Origin: Hyaloraphidium curvatum SAG 235-1
Lineage: Eukaryota; Fungi; Monoblepharomycota
Length of the DNA stretch: 64,000 nt
Direction of reading: 5' to 3'
NCBI GenBank assembly: GCA_025558095.1
Contig: JAIVFI010000022.1
Coordinates: forward strand, 186,001-250,000
A model generated the notes under the pieces. The model was not told the DNA's origin. It made no database searches and worked only from the letters and a program-made list of their open reading frames with translations. This document shows, one piece after another, positions 53,577 through 64,000 of this stretch. The stretch's first letter is position 1. Every line of letters begins with the position of its first letter. The translations under genes were made by a program, and so were the position numbers.

Positions 53577-56500
53577 ATGCTCGTCCTCCGGACGGCGACG
53601 CGGGGCGGCTCCACGCGGGGGGCGGTGCGGCTCGCGGCGCACGCCGATGAGCGGCGGCGGCGGGCGCGGCGGCGGTTCCATGGCGGCGGGAGCGAGGCGC
53701 CCACCGTCGGCGGCGCACCCCGCGCCGCGTCGCCTTCGCCATCGGCGGGCAAATCGGGACTGGGACGATTAGGCTCTGTCGCAGGCAGCTTGGGAACTTT
53801 GCCTCAGGGCACCGGCAGGGGAGAGTCGTCGGCCAGGCTGGACTCGCCGACGAGGCGCTTCGCACGGTCGGTGGCCACCGCCGCAGCACCGGTGGGGCCG
53901 CCCCCGCCCGTGCCGTGGCAGATGCCGCGGACGCACTGGCATCCCGTGTCCGGGGACTCGTTCGACGAGCCGCAGGCCGCACAGGCCGCCGGCTGGGACT
54001 ACCTCGCCGAGATCACGCACGAGATCTTTGCCGGCGCCGACCCGCTCTCGGACCACGTGCACGCCGCCGAGCTGTACGTCGGCACGGAACGGCGGCCCGC
54101 CCCGGGCCGCGTGCTGCAGGACACGGCGGCGCTGATGTTCGTCAAGCTCGAAGCCGGCGACGTGGTGGGCGGGCACGCGCTGCTGCGGCAGATGTTCGTG
54201 CGCCACCCCGAGGACGCCGCCGTGGGGCCGTGGCGCGATCCGCGGCTGCATTTCGCGGTGCTGTCGCATCTGATGCTGGCAAAGGACGACTGGAGGATGG
54301 GCTGGGACTGGTATTGTCTTTCCGTTGGGCGGCGGCAGCCGCCAGACTTCGCGCAGGGCGCCCGACGCGGCGCCCGCTGGACCGACCTCGGCCTCGCCGA
54401 CTACTCGGCCCTGCCGCCGCTCGTGCACGGCACGTACGTCATGGCCGTCGTCGCGCGCGGCCTGGCACGGGCGTACGAGCGCGCGGCCTCCTCCCCAACG
54501 GAGCGATCCGACGTCCTCCGGACCCTCGAGATCGTCGTATCGGACCTGCGCCTGCTCTTCGGCACCGACGAGGCCTACATGTGGCGGCAGTTTTTCTCGG
54601 TGGAGCTGGCGCCGGACGACGACGCGGCGGTTGCGGACTGGGCGGTGTTCAGGCGCGCCGCGGAGGAGCTGGGGATCGCGGTGCCCGAGCCGCTGCCCGA
54701 GGTGGCGAGCGAACTGGACGAACTGCTGACCGCCAGGGAGGACGAGATGGTCGCGCAGGAGGAGGAGTCGGATGAGAGCCAGCTGCGGAAGGAGGAGGAG
54801 GGGGTGAGCTGGCGCACTTGCGCCCTTTTCTGTCATTCACTGACCGCGCCCGCCTTCCTTCCAGTCGCTCGGCGTCCGCCTGATCCGCCAGCTTCTCTCG
54901 CACCTCGAGCCCAACACCGGCCCCGGCGGCTACCGCAACCAGGTCCGCCTCGAATCCTCCGCCCGCGCCCTCTCGCAGTTCGAATCCCACCTCGAAATCT
55001 CCAAGCTCCGCACCGCCGGCGTCCTGCGCATGCATACCCGCCTCGGCCGCCTCATGTGGGCCTGGCACACGGCGCTCAAGGCCGAGCTGGAGCGGGAGCT
55101 CGCGGCCCCCGGGCGGGCGCCGGAGCACGTGGAGCTGCTGCGGCACCTCAAGCCGCACACCATGTCGAGCGTGGCGGTGGTCACCGTGCTCAGGTGCCTG
55201 CAGTCCTCGGGGCTCGCGGCGATGCCGGATTCGTCCGCCGAGGCGGCGTTCGAGGCGGACTACTCCGGCGCCACCATGGCCGCGCTGGTCAACGTGTGCC
55301 AGCTCATCGGGCGCGGCGTCGAGGTCGAGCACGGCCTGGCGAGCCTCGAGACGGCGTCGGACGGGGCGGCACGGCGCGCGGCGAGGCAGCTCGAGGCGGT
55401 GCTCAGGAAGGCGCGCGGGGAGCGGTCCAGCTTCGCTTCGTTGCTCGCGGTGCGCGGGGCCGTGGCCCGCGCGGAGAGGGAGACGAAGGAGGGGATCCGC
55501 GCCGGGGACTGGAGCCTGGTGATGCAGGTCAAGGTCGGCGCGTACCTGCTGGACCTGCTGGTCAAGACGGCGCGGATCGACATCGACGACTTCGGGGCGC
55601 CGCGGGAGCCGGTGCCGTGCTTCGAGGTGGCGACGGCGCGCAAGAAGGGGTCGTGGCGGATCGGGATCCTGAGGACCAAGAACGGGCTGACAAAGATCCT
55701 GTCGTCCGAGCCCGTTTCTTCGGAACCCGTGTACCTGCCGATGGTGGTCAAGCCCAAACCGTGGGTGAGCTACAACTCGGGGGGCTACTACACCATTCCA
55801 GGTACGTGAAGCTTCGTCGATGCGTCGGATGGAGCGGTGCCTAACCCTGCTGTCCCGCAGTCGACGTCGTTCGCCTCCAGACGACTGATCGAGAAGCGCT
55901 CCAGCTCATCAAGGACGCGGACGAGCGCGGCCACCTGGACCGCGTGTACCTCGGACTCGATATCCTCGGCGATACCCCCTGGAAGGTCAACGATCAGGTG
56001 CTCGCGGTGGTGCAGGACCTGTGGGCGACGGGCGAGGCCGTCGCCGGCCTGCCGTCGGGCATCCCGATCGAGGTGCCCCCGGAGCCGACCGAGACCGACC
56101 GCCTCGAGCTCGGGCCGGACGAGTTCCGCGCCCTCCGCCGGCAGTACCTCGCGGCCGCCAAGGCCGAGATGGAGCGCTACTCGATGCGCTGCTCCGAGAG
56201 CTATGCGGTCGAGATCGCCCGCAGCTTCGCGGGGCGGACGCTCTACTTCCCCCACAACGTCGACTTCCGGGGCCGCGCGTACCCCATCCCCACCCACCTG
56301 AACCACATGCGCAACGACCTCACGCGCGGGTTGCTCTCCTTCGGCCAGGGCAGGAAGCTGGGTGCTCGCGGCTTCTGGTGGCTGCACGTGCACATGGCAA
56401 ACGTGTGCGGGACCAACAAGCTGGACCTGGAGGGCCGCAAGGCGTGGACCGAGGCGCGGATGGAGGACATTTTGGACTCGGCGGACAACCCGCTGACGGG

Positions 56501-58031
56501 GCGCAAGTGGTGGATGGCGCAGGAGAAGCCGTTCCAGTGCCTGGCCGCGTGCATCGAGCTCGCCGCCGCGATGAGGCACCCCGATGGGCCCGAGGAGTAC
56601 GTTTCGTTCCTGCCGGTCCACCAGGACGGCACGTGCAACGGGCTTCAGCACTATGCGGCGCTCGGCGGGGACCGCGAGGGCGGGAAGCAGGTCAACGTGG
56701 TCCCGGGTCCCAAGCCGGGCGACGTCTACTCGGGCGTGGCCGAGATCGTGGCCAAGCTGGTGCGCAAGGACTACGAGCGTGCGGTCCAGGAGGAGGCGCT
56801 CACGGGGAACAAGCCCACGGATCCGGATCTCGTCGCCGCGACCTTGATGCACGACAAGATCACGCGCAAGCTGATCAAGCAGACCGTCATGACCAACACG
56901 TACGGCGTGACGCTGATCGGCGCCAAGGATCAGATCCGGGCGCGGTTACGCGAGAACAGGGGCAAAGACCACGACATGGACGAGGAGCAGATTTCGCGCT
57001 GCGCGCTCTACGTGGCCCACAAGGTGTTCGCTGCTCTCGGCCAGACGTTTGCCGGTGCCAAGAAGCTGCAGGCTTGGATGAACGATACCGCGGCATTGAT
57101 TGGCAAGAGCATCAACCAGACTCACCTGCCCAAGCATGCGGTGGTGAGGACCGAGGTCGTGAGGAAGATGGGGTTGTTGCCGGCCTCGGCGAATGCTGCC
57201 TTGGAGGAAGCGAGTGCCTCGGATGGGCACGCGTCTTTGTCAATCGCCGCCGCTTCCTCGTCGGCAACCGAGGAAGGGAGCGCGGCACGCTACGATGCCG
57301 TTCGGCTTCCGTTCTCATCGCTCGTCACCATCGGGCCGATCGAGTCGGATGATTCTTCTCCCGATACGGTGGCTGCGACGCAGCCTGTCACCTGGACGTC
57401 CCCCGTCGGACTTCCCGTCATGCAACCGTACCGGAAGCTGGGCCAGAGCCGCATCCAGACCGCGTTGGCCGCCATCACGGTCAACGACCCGACGAAGCCC
57501 GGTCCTGTCAACGCTCGCAAGCAGTCGACGGCTTTCCCGCCGAACTTTGTTCACTCCCTGGACGCGGCGCACATGCTCTTCACGGCCATTTCCATGAAGC
57601 AGGCCAACCTCGCCTTTGCTGCCGTGCACGACAGCTTTTGGACCCACGCCGTGGACGTGGACGAGATGTCTCGGATCATCCGCGAGGAGTTTGTCCGTGT
57701 GCACGAGGGCGGCGAAGTGCTCAAGGCGCTCTATCGCGAGTTTGTCGCTCGCTATTCGGCGCTGGGCCAGTGCTCCCCCGTCAAGCTCCGCATGACGGTG
57801 GCCCAGGCTAAAGCCGTCGAAGCCGAAGTGGCCAGAATCATGGACACCAAGGCCAAGGCGGTCCGCCGCAAGAAGGGCGCTTGGGATCCAGACTCGGTTA
57901 GCGTCGCGCCCGAGGGCGAGGAGCCCACGGTCGAGATGGAGGTGTGGACGCAGCTGGCTGTGCCCGAGCTTCCGCAGCGGGGTCCGCTGGACATCCGGGA
58001 GGTTTTGGACAGTACTTTCTTCTTCCACTGA
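53577..58031 (+). CDS. RPO41: Mitochondrial single-subunit (T3/T7-type) RNA polymerase
   Basis: Arg-rich presequence; YLPMVVKPKPW, DFRGRAYP, HQDGTCNGLQHY, RKLIKQTVMTNTYG, PPNFVHSLDAAH, VHDSFWTH and C-terminal FFH; introns about 54804-54863 and 55803-55860. Confidence 0.96.
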
Positions 58032-58226
58032 GGGATTCGCTGGGGCAGGAACGGGCTATTTGCGCTTGGGTCAACTGTCTGCGGTATACCTGGAGTCAAT
58101 CACGGAAAACTCTGTCAATCGACGGCAAATGTACACCTGTAATGCTTCTATACACGCTATGATGATTCCAAAGGCTTTGGTATTAATTGCGGCGTGGTAT
58201 CATTCTCGAACGGTGTCGAACTTCAA

Positions 58227-60506
58227 TCAATGGGCCCTCGGGGCGCTCTTCGCTATCTCCGGCAGACCGTCAACGGGAGAGGCTTTCGAGAATTCCACCG
58301 AGGGGTTCTTTCGGATCACGCCGCTGACTTTGCGCGATCCCATGGGCGACCTTTGGCTGACCGGAGTCTCGGCCACCGATCGGGGGCGGGAGTAACCCTG
58401 CCAGTTGCCGGAGGTCCTGCGAGAAGACCGCAGCTCCTGGGCCTGATCCCGCGCTTCGCGCTCGGAGACGTAGAGCGGGACGAAATCGGAGAAGACGCCG
58501 CCGCCGCGGGCGAACTTGAGCTTCGGGAGCTTGTCGTCTTTCGGGTTCTTGTACTCGTCCTTGTCCTCCCACTCCATCGGTGCAGGGTCCTGGTAGTCAA
58601 TGTGCGTCTTCCGATCCCAGCCGCCGGTCGAGGTGGACATCTTGGACCGAACGGACGACCTCGAACAGGTCGAGTCGGTCGAGGTACGCCTCGCGTGCCT
58701 GGGCCTCGAGGGGGTCGACGGCACCCTGTTGGGCGATCCCATTCCCGTGAGATCGGGCAGGGACCCCAGGATGGATTGCTCGTGCTCGAGGGTGACGGTG
58801 ACCTTGATCGACTCTTCCTCGATCCGCTGCGCAATCATACGCTTGCGCTCTTGCCGTGCCGCAGTCCGGGCCGTGTGCGCCCGCCAAGCCGTCTGGACTT
58901 TGGCGGCGCTCTCGTGCCTGATCTGGCGCCGGCGGGCAACCCGGAAGGCGATCTCGGCGCGCAGCATATGGCCGCGCCAAGCAGCAACGACCTTGCTGTC
59001 GAGCCGCTGCAAGTGGTCGCCCCGGGTGAGCTGGAACTTGGCAAAGGAGTGCCGCGTCTTGTGCCTGCGGTAAGCCCTCTGGATGGCCAGAGCTGCCCTC
59101 GTGCGCTTCGGAAGGGTGCGGATATCGATGCGCGCCTGGACGGCTTTGCGGAGTCGATAGGCGCGGAACGCCCTCTGAACGACCTTTGCTGCAGAAGTTC
59201 TTCTCTCCTCGTAACGACGCCGACGGAGCTCTGCGCGAGAGGTGACTTCGCGGCGAAGGTGGGTGCTTCGCCAACTCCGTTGCACAGTGCGAGCGGCGCT
59301 CGCGGCGCGGGCCTTCTCCCTGGAGAGCACCACGGCAAGAAACTCCGCGTGAATGCTGACGGAGGCGTTGGCAATCTGGCTCCGGAACCGGTGGCGGCGG
59401 AAGGCCCGCTGGATGATCTGAACGGCCCGAGCGATTGCTTCATCGTCGCCAATCGTTATCGAGGAAGTGGAGGCCATAATGTCCGTGGCCGGCATAGCTG
59501 CAGCGGCAGACGCCTCTGAAGGGAGCTCTGAAGCCGTGGTGTCTGCCAGTCCAAGGCTTTCGTGACTCGGAACGGTGTCCAGCAGCTTCAACGACAAATG
59601 CGACCTGACGAACCGCTGGATCGTCACCGCGGCCTCGTGCACGGCCTCGGTCTCGGCCACCGTCGGTGAAACTGTGTCGCTACCAGGCGATACAGGCGAG
59701 ACAGGCGTAACTTCCGGCTGCGGCGAGCGGGCGTCGTCGGCATCCGCGTCGCCAGATGCAATGACGCTCTTCCCGAACTTGGCAAGTCCCACGGTCTTGG
59801 CCCACATGCGGCCAATTCCTTTGCCGAATGCATCGAAGCCCTTCTTCTTCTTTGCCTTTTTGGCCTCGCCGTCGACTCCGGCGGGGAGGCTGGTCACGCC
59901 AAAGTCGCCGGGCACCACAAAGTTGAAGGCATTCCCATTCTTGGAGGACCTCTTGAACGCCCAGTTCGAGCGATGAACGAGCTCTTGCGGCGAGGCAGAC
60001 TTGGAGCGGGAGGAAGAAAGGAGCGAGCGGGTGGGCGACACTGGCCGCGACTCGACCGCACCGGTCTGCACCCTCAATGCCGGCTGTTCTGCAGGCGGTG
60101 ACGTCGGAGCAGCCTGCTGCTCCGCAGCAATCATGGGAACGGGCTCCGTCTCCCCGGGTCCGCTTTTGCGGGGGGCCAGCGGCTGGTCGTCGTCGTCTTC
60201 GTCGCCCTCAGTGTCCGGGCTAGTCTCCCTTGCAGGAGCGTCCACGGGCTTCGCCAGCTCCCGATCGGGGCTTCCCGATGCCGCAGTTCCATCATCATCG
60301 CTGTCGCATGCCGCGATGGGCGAAGCGGCGACGTGGAGAGCGGGTTCGGCGGGGGCGAGCATGCCGCCGCTGGCCACGATTTGCACGAGGTAACGGAGCT
60401 CCTCCTCGCTCTTGGGCGAGGAAGTGAGGCTGGAAAGAACGTTGTCTCTCGATTCTCTGTCGCGAGCTGCCACCAGCGTCCCGTGGCCGGAGTCGCCGGC
60501 GTCCAT
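58227..60506 (-). CDS. Multi-IQ-motif (calmodulin-binding) protein with disordered termini
   Basis: About 7 IQ motifs (AAVTIQRFVRSH, IIQRAFRRH, VQRSWRST, VQRAFRAY, IQRAYRRH, VAAWRGH, VQTAWRAH). Confidence 0.85.
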   Translation of the reverse strand: MDAGDSGHGTLVAARDRESRDNVLSSLTSSPKSEEELRYLVQIVASGGMLAPAEPALHVAASPIAACDSDDDGTAASGSPDRELAKPVDAPARETSPDTEGDEDDDDQPLAPRKSGPGETEPVPMIAAEQQAAPTSPPAEQPALRVQTGAVESRPVSPTRSLLSSSRSKSASPQELVHRSNWAFKRSSKNGNAFNFVVPGDFGVTSLPAGVDGEAKKAKKKKGFDAFGKGIGRMWAKTVGLAKFGKSVIASGDADADDARSPQPEVTPVSPVSPGSDTVSPTVAETEAVHEAAVTIQRFVRSHLSLKLLDTVPSHESLGLADTTASELPSEASAAAAMPATDIMASTSSITIGDDEAIARAVQIIQRAFRRHRFRSQIANASVSIHAEFLAVVLSREKARAASAARTVQRSWRSTHLRREVTSRAELRRRRYEERRTSAAKVVQRAFRAYRLRKAVQARIDIRTLPKRTRAALAIQRAYRRHKTRHSFAKFQLTRGDHLQRLDSKVVAAWRGHMLRAEIAFRVARRRQIRHESAAKVQTAWRAHTARTAARQERKRMIAQRIEEESIKVTVTLEHEQSILGSLPDLTGMGSPNRVPSTPSRPRHARRTSTDSTCSRSSVRSKMSTSTGGWDRKTHIDYQDPAPMEWEDKDEYKNPKDDKLPKLKFARGGGVFSDFVPLYVSEREARDQAQELRSSRRTSGNWQGYSRPRSVAETPVSQRSPMGSRKVSGVIRKNPSVEFSKASPVDGLPEIAKSAPRAH

Positions 60507-60880
60507 CGAGTGTTTAGCTTTGGGGACCGGTTCGGGGATTGTTTGGACGTCAATGCCAAGTGAGGGTCCTGCCTAGCCACAACGACGAGCAGAGGTCGCT
60601 TCGAAACATGGAGTACGTGGATCTGCAATGACCTCTATAGATCCTCTTGTGTTTCTGATTGGTTGTAGCTGGACGTAGATGGGCAAGGCCGCCCACGGAT
60701 TCAGAAGACGAGGCAGGCCATTCAGCTCACATTCCATGGTCAGTACGTCGGGATCGTGAAGCGCATGAATCCAATGAAATGATCTTGGAATGAATGCTGG
60801 AGCCGGTCTCGGTGAAGCAGATAGTAGGTGCGGGCGGGTTTCACTTCTCCAGATCCGCTTGCGCGTCTCTTCCACCACCA

Positions 60881-62959
60881 ATGTCCCTCTCGACGCTGGT
60901 TAGCCAGCGCTTATTTTTGTCGCGGACACGAGCCTTGCCTTATGGTCTATCCGGGCGTTCCTCCCTCGCGCGATGCGGGCCAGGAAGGTCGCATTTTGCG
61001 GCCAGCTTCGCGACCTCCCCCGGACACGCCGGACCACCTCTGCCCCGGCGCGGACCCATCCGGCGGCTCGGCAGGGTGCTCAAGTACCTGTTTGGATTAT
61101 CGGTGCTCGGAGTTGCCGGGACCGGGGCCTACTTTACGGCCACGGATCCCACCTTCCCGCGTCGTGTCGGTCGGGCGTTCAAGATCTACCGCGGGTTCGC
61201 GTCCATGTTCCTGGACTACAAGGTGGTCGAGTACAGCGACCTCTATATCCGCAAGGAGGACGAAAAGGTCTTGGAGGCGCGCTACAATGAGCTCCACGAG
61301 AAATACGCGCCCCGCGTCGTAGCGCTCGTGCTCGACCTCAGGGGCGCGTGGGTCAAATTTGCTCAAGTCGTTGCTTCGCGTCCAGAGTTCGCTCCGGAGT
61401 CGTACAGGAAGGCTCTGAAGCCGCTGCTGGATTCGGTGCCGCCGCTTCCTTTCTCGACGATCGAGGAGACCATCTTGGGCTCGCTGAACGTTTCGGACCT
61501 TTCCGAGATCTTTGCCTCCGTGGACACGGACTCTTTGGGAGCGGCTTCGGTGTCGCAGGTTCATGCTGCCCAACTGCGGGACCCCGCTTCTCTCGTCGAT
61601 CGGCCGGGCACCGAGCCTCGACTGGTCACGGACGTGGTAATCAAGGTTCGATATCCGGATGCCGTCGAGAACTTCTCGCTCGATTTGAGGACGATGAAGC
61701 AAATCGTGGCCCTCGCCCGGCCGCAGCTGCTGCCTGCGCAGCAGGAGGTGGAGAAGATGATAATGCGCGAGTTGGACTTCAACGAGGAATCCGCCTCGCT
61801 CACGGAAATCGGGAACGCGATACGTGCCGATCCGCTGGGGAGGTTCGGCAACGTCGTGGTCCCGCATCCCATACCGGGGCTGTGCACGGACAGCACGATC
61901 GTCATGGGTGAGCCCTTTGCGGTCTTGTTTTTTCCTGAGGCTGTACTCACCGCTCCAACAGAACGCCTATACGGGGAGAAGCTCGCCGACGGCGTCCAGC
62001 GCCACTACGAGATCATCGCGGCCGGGATGGGGACGACGGTTGACGAGCTCAAGGAACGAGTTACAGGCCGTTTCTTTGGCGCTTTCGGCCGCCGTCCCGC
62101 TGCTCCGAAGGACGGGGCCGCAGGCGACTCGAAAACATCTGAGCTGCCTCCACTACAGGACATCAACTGGAACTCGGGTATATCTTCATACCTCTCCCTT
62201 TTGCGCGCGGCTTTGACCATAGTCACGCCTTTTGAGCTTGTTTCTTTCGCGTGGTCGTACGTTCGCGTGATTTGGTACGAGTCTTTCGGATGGTGGCTCG
62301 GGCCAACGATGTGGAACGGCTCCGTTGCTCTGTTCGGGCTCGCGGAGCGGAAGGAGCTGCCCCTGAGGCCGCTGCCCGTGAACCACGCCAGCATGTTCTC
62401 GGATATTGCGGTCGTTCATGGCTTTGAGGTTCTTGAGCTGGGTCACTTCAATGGAGATCCGCACCCCGGCAATCTCTGGCTCACCACCGACGGGCGCATC
62501 GGGTTGCTAGACTACGGGGCTACTGCGACGCTCCCGCGCAACCAGCGGCTGGCACTGGCGCGCCTGGTCCTGCTCCTAAACCGATCGGGCGAGCCGGACA
62601 AACCTGGGATCGTTAGGGAGATGAAAGAGCTCGGCTTCTCGATGTCGTTCGCCGGGGACGAAGCCCCCGAGGAATCGGCGCAGAGGGAAGACGACTTCCT
62701 CTACAGGATCGCGACGGGCTTGCTCACCGCCCGCGGTTTCGGCGGGCGGAGGCACGGCCAGCAGGGCGACAGGAAGAGCAGGCCCATGTTCGAGTCCGTG
62801 CCGGACAGGTTCTTCCTGATCGCGCGGGTTGTCGGTCTGCTGCGAGGATTGGCGTTCCAGCTTGGACTAGGCAACGTTGATATGGCGAGAGAGTGGAACC
62901 GGAGCGCGGAGCGGGCACTAGAGATGGCGGCGAGAGAGGAAGTTGGGGCGCAAGGTTGA
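60881..62959 (+). CDS. ABC1/UbiB (ADCK) atypical kinase, mitochondrial-type N-terminus
   Basis: VKFAQ, LGAASVSQVH, VIKVRYP, ELDFNEE, NGDPHPGN and LLDYG; in-frame intron 61908-61961. Confidence 0.92.
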   Translation: MSLSTLVSQRLFLSRTRALPYGLSGRSSLARCGPGRSHFAASFATSPGHAGPPLPRRGPIRRLGRVLKYLFGLSVLGVAGTGAYFTATDPTFPRRVGRAFKIYRGFASMFLDYKVVEYSDLYIRKEDEKVLEARYNELHEKYAPRVVALVLDLRGAWVKFAQVVASRPEFAPESYRKALKPLLDSVPPLPFSTIEETILGSLNVSDLSEIFASVDTDSLGAASVSQVHAAQLRDPASLVDRPGTEPRLVTDVVIKVRYPDAVENFSLDLRTMKQIVALARPQLLPAQQEVEKMIMRELDFNEESASLTEIGNAIRADPLGRFGNVVVPHPIPGLCTDSTIVMGEPFAVLFFPEAVLTAPTERLYGEKLADGVQRHYEIIAAGMGTTVDELKERVTGRFFGAFGRRPAAPKDGAAGDSKTSELPPLQDINWNSGISSYLSLLRAALTIVTPFELVSFAWSYVRVIWYESFGWWLGPTMWNGSVALFGLAERKELPLRPLPVNHASMFSDIAVVHGFEVLELGHFNGDPHPGNLWLTTDGRIGLLDYGATATLPRNQRLALARLVLLLNRSGEPDKPGIVREMKELGFSMSFAGDEAPEESAQREDDFLYRIATGLLTARGFGGRRHGQQGDRKSRPMFESVPDRFFLIARVVGLLRGLAFQLGLGNVDMAREWNRSAERALEMAAREEVGAQG

Positions 62960-63141
62960 AAGCAGAACGATGTACGAGCAGGAGTGCGGAGCCGGCGTGG
63001 AGATGGCGGCAAAGGTGACACTGCAGATGCAACAAAGAGCTCTAGAGACGGTGGTTGCTTTACAGGTCGTGAGTTGTAGAGGGTATGAAGCCCAATGACG
63101 AGATGCCGTGCCAGGATATCGGAGGGTGCCCCTTCGAAGCA

Positions 63142-63632
63142 CTAGTACAACGCCTGAATGTCTTTCGACAGCTTCATCGCGTCCTTCAGAGGCAATGGCG
63201 CCGGAATTACGTCTGCAAACGCCATAATTAGACGCGCCACTGGGCGAACCGAAGGGAACCCACCTCTAAGGAACTCGAGCTGCTCGATGTCTCTCACGGC
63301 CGCAGCGATGTCCTTGTACATGACCGTTTTCCGCTTGTCCTTCTGCGCGTACTCGTAAGCCCGCTCCAGAAGGTAGCCGAGGAAGATCTCCTGCAGAAGC
63401 GGCCGCCTTAAGCCAACGTTCCCGCCCGGAAGGAAGGAGGGCCCACGGTCGAGAAGGCGACGGCCACCACGCCGTCCTGCGACAGCTTCTGCACGTCCTT
63501 GTCCTCCTTCATGATTTTGCGGACGCGGCTGAGCGGGAAGCTCGGAGCGGTGGCCTTGGCGGCCGACTCGTCGGCGGCCCCCTCTGCGGGCTCGCCGGGC
63601 GGGGACGCGAGGCCCGACGGCGTCGACGCCAT
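63142..63632 (-). CDS. H2A-like histone-fold protein (Dpb3/POLE4/CHRAC15-like)
   Basis: FPLSRVRKIMKEDKDV...|EIFLGYL...KRKTVMYKDIAAAVRDIEQLEFL|DVIP; two introns. Confidence 0.88.
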
Positions 63633-63894
63633 GGCGCGGGTCGGGACGAGCGCGGCTGGATGCCCGGAGGCCGGTGGGCGAAACGCCGGCGGTCCGCGGC
63701 ACCGGCTGCAAAATGGAAAGGCCGAAGTGCGAGATGATGGCCGCGGGCAGAAGGACTCAGGGCCGACGACGCTTCGAATCAACCAGCGGCGAATCCCGGT
63801 ACAGAGCTACGGAGAACTCATTTTCCATTGAGGGCATTGCTCAAAGTCGGGCACGCAAGTTCCTGGCGGCCCCGGCTGCCCTTCTCCGCGGCCC

Positions 63895-64000
63895 ATGGCC
63901 TTCGTCGAGCGGCATGGCCACCGCCTAGTTCTGAACGGCCGGCCGTTCCGATTCGTCGGCGTCAACATTCCGAACCTGCACATAATCGAAGATGGACCTC
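63895..64000 (+). CDS. Glycoside hydrolase family 5 (mannanase-like), 5' end only
   Basis: MAFVERHGHRLVLNGRPFRFVGVNIPNLHIIED matches the GH5 N-terminal FV.R.G..L.L.G.PFRF.G.N motif; runs off window. Confidence 0.7.
   Translation, partial: MAFVERHGHRLVLNGRPFRFVGVNIPNLHIIEDGP

Noticed and set aside
53577-58031. T7-like RNA polymerase next to a DNA ligase as a prophage or linear plasmid
   Set aside because: Both genes have spliceosomal introns and eukaryotic features (presequence, PIP-box), and there are no viral structural genes. This is nuclear-encoded RPO41.
1-64000. Many long overlapping or antisense ORFs (e.g. 69..1241, 5422..6903, 28093..29220, 51142..52329, 58194..59519)
   Set aside because: They are shadow ORFs produced by high GC and codon bias; they are Arg/Pro-rich, lack motifs and lie opposite well-supported genes.

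Overview
This is gene-dense, high-GC eukaryotic DNA with short (about 50-150 nt) GT-AG spliceosomal introns and CTGAC/CTAAC-type branch sites. Gene content and style suggest an early-diverging (zoosporic-lineage) fungus, for example a Monoblepharidomycete such as Hyaloraphidium; this is an inference. About 40 genes or gene relics are supported. Housekeeping genes include mitochondrial T7-type RNA polymerase, a LIG1/LIG6-type DNA ligase, an ABC1 kinase, a histone-fold protein, MFS and FNT transporters, an SDR and an esterase. The main highlight is a cluster of six paralogous, unannotated multi-pass membrane genes or relics (1.6-21 kb). Their topology and C-terminal motif fit the insect gustatory/odorant receptor-like 7TM ion-channel (7TMIC/GRL, DUF3537-related) fold. 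They share upstream sequence and show birth-and-death by inverted duplication. Other highlights are a six-intron divergent SUMO-like gene and a glutaredoxin-like gene that no single ORF captures, an SH3-RING-EF-hand protein, and a GPI-anchored double-LRR/Cys-repeat protein. An inverted duplication of a CAP gene flanks about 18 kb. Several enzymes look bacterial (peptide deformylase, AruI-like ThDP decarboxylase, TlpA, DUF302, amidase, creatininase, TrmH) and are HGT candidates. Several single-base frameshifts in C/G runs may be assembly errors. No CRISPR array, RNA gene or intact transposon was recognised.
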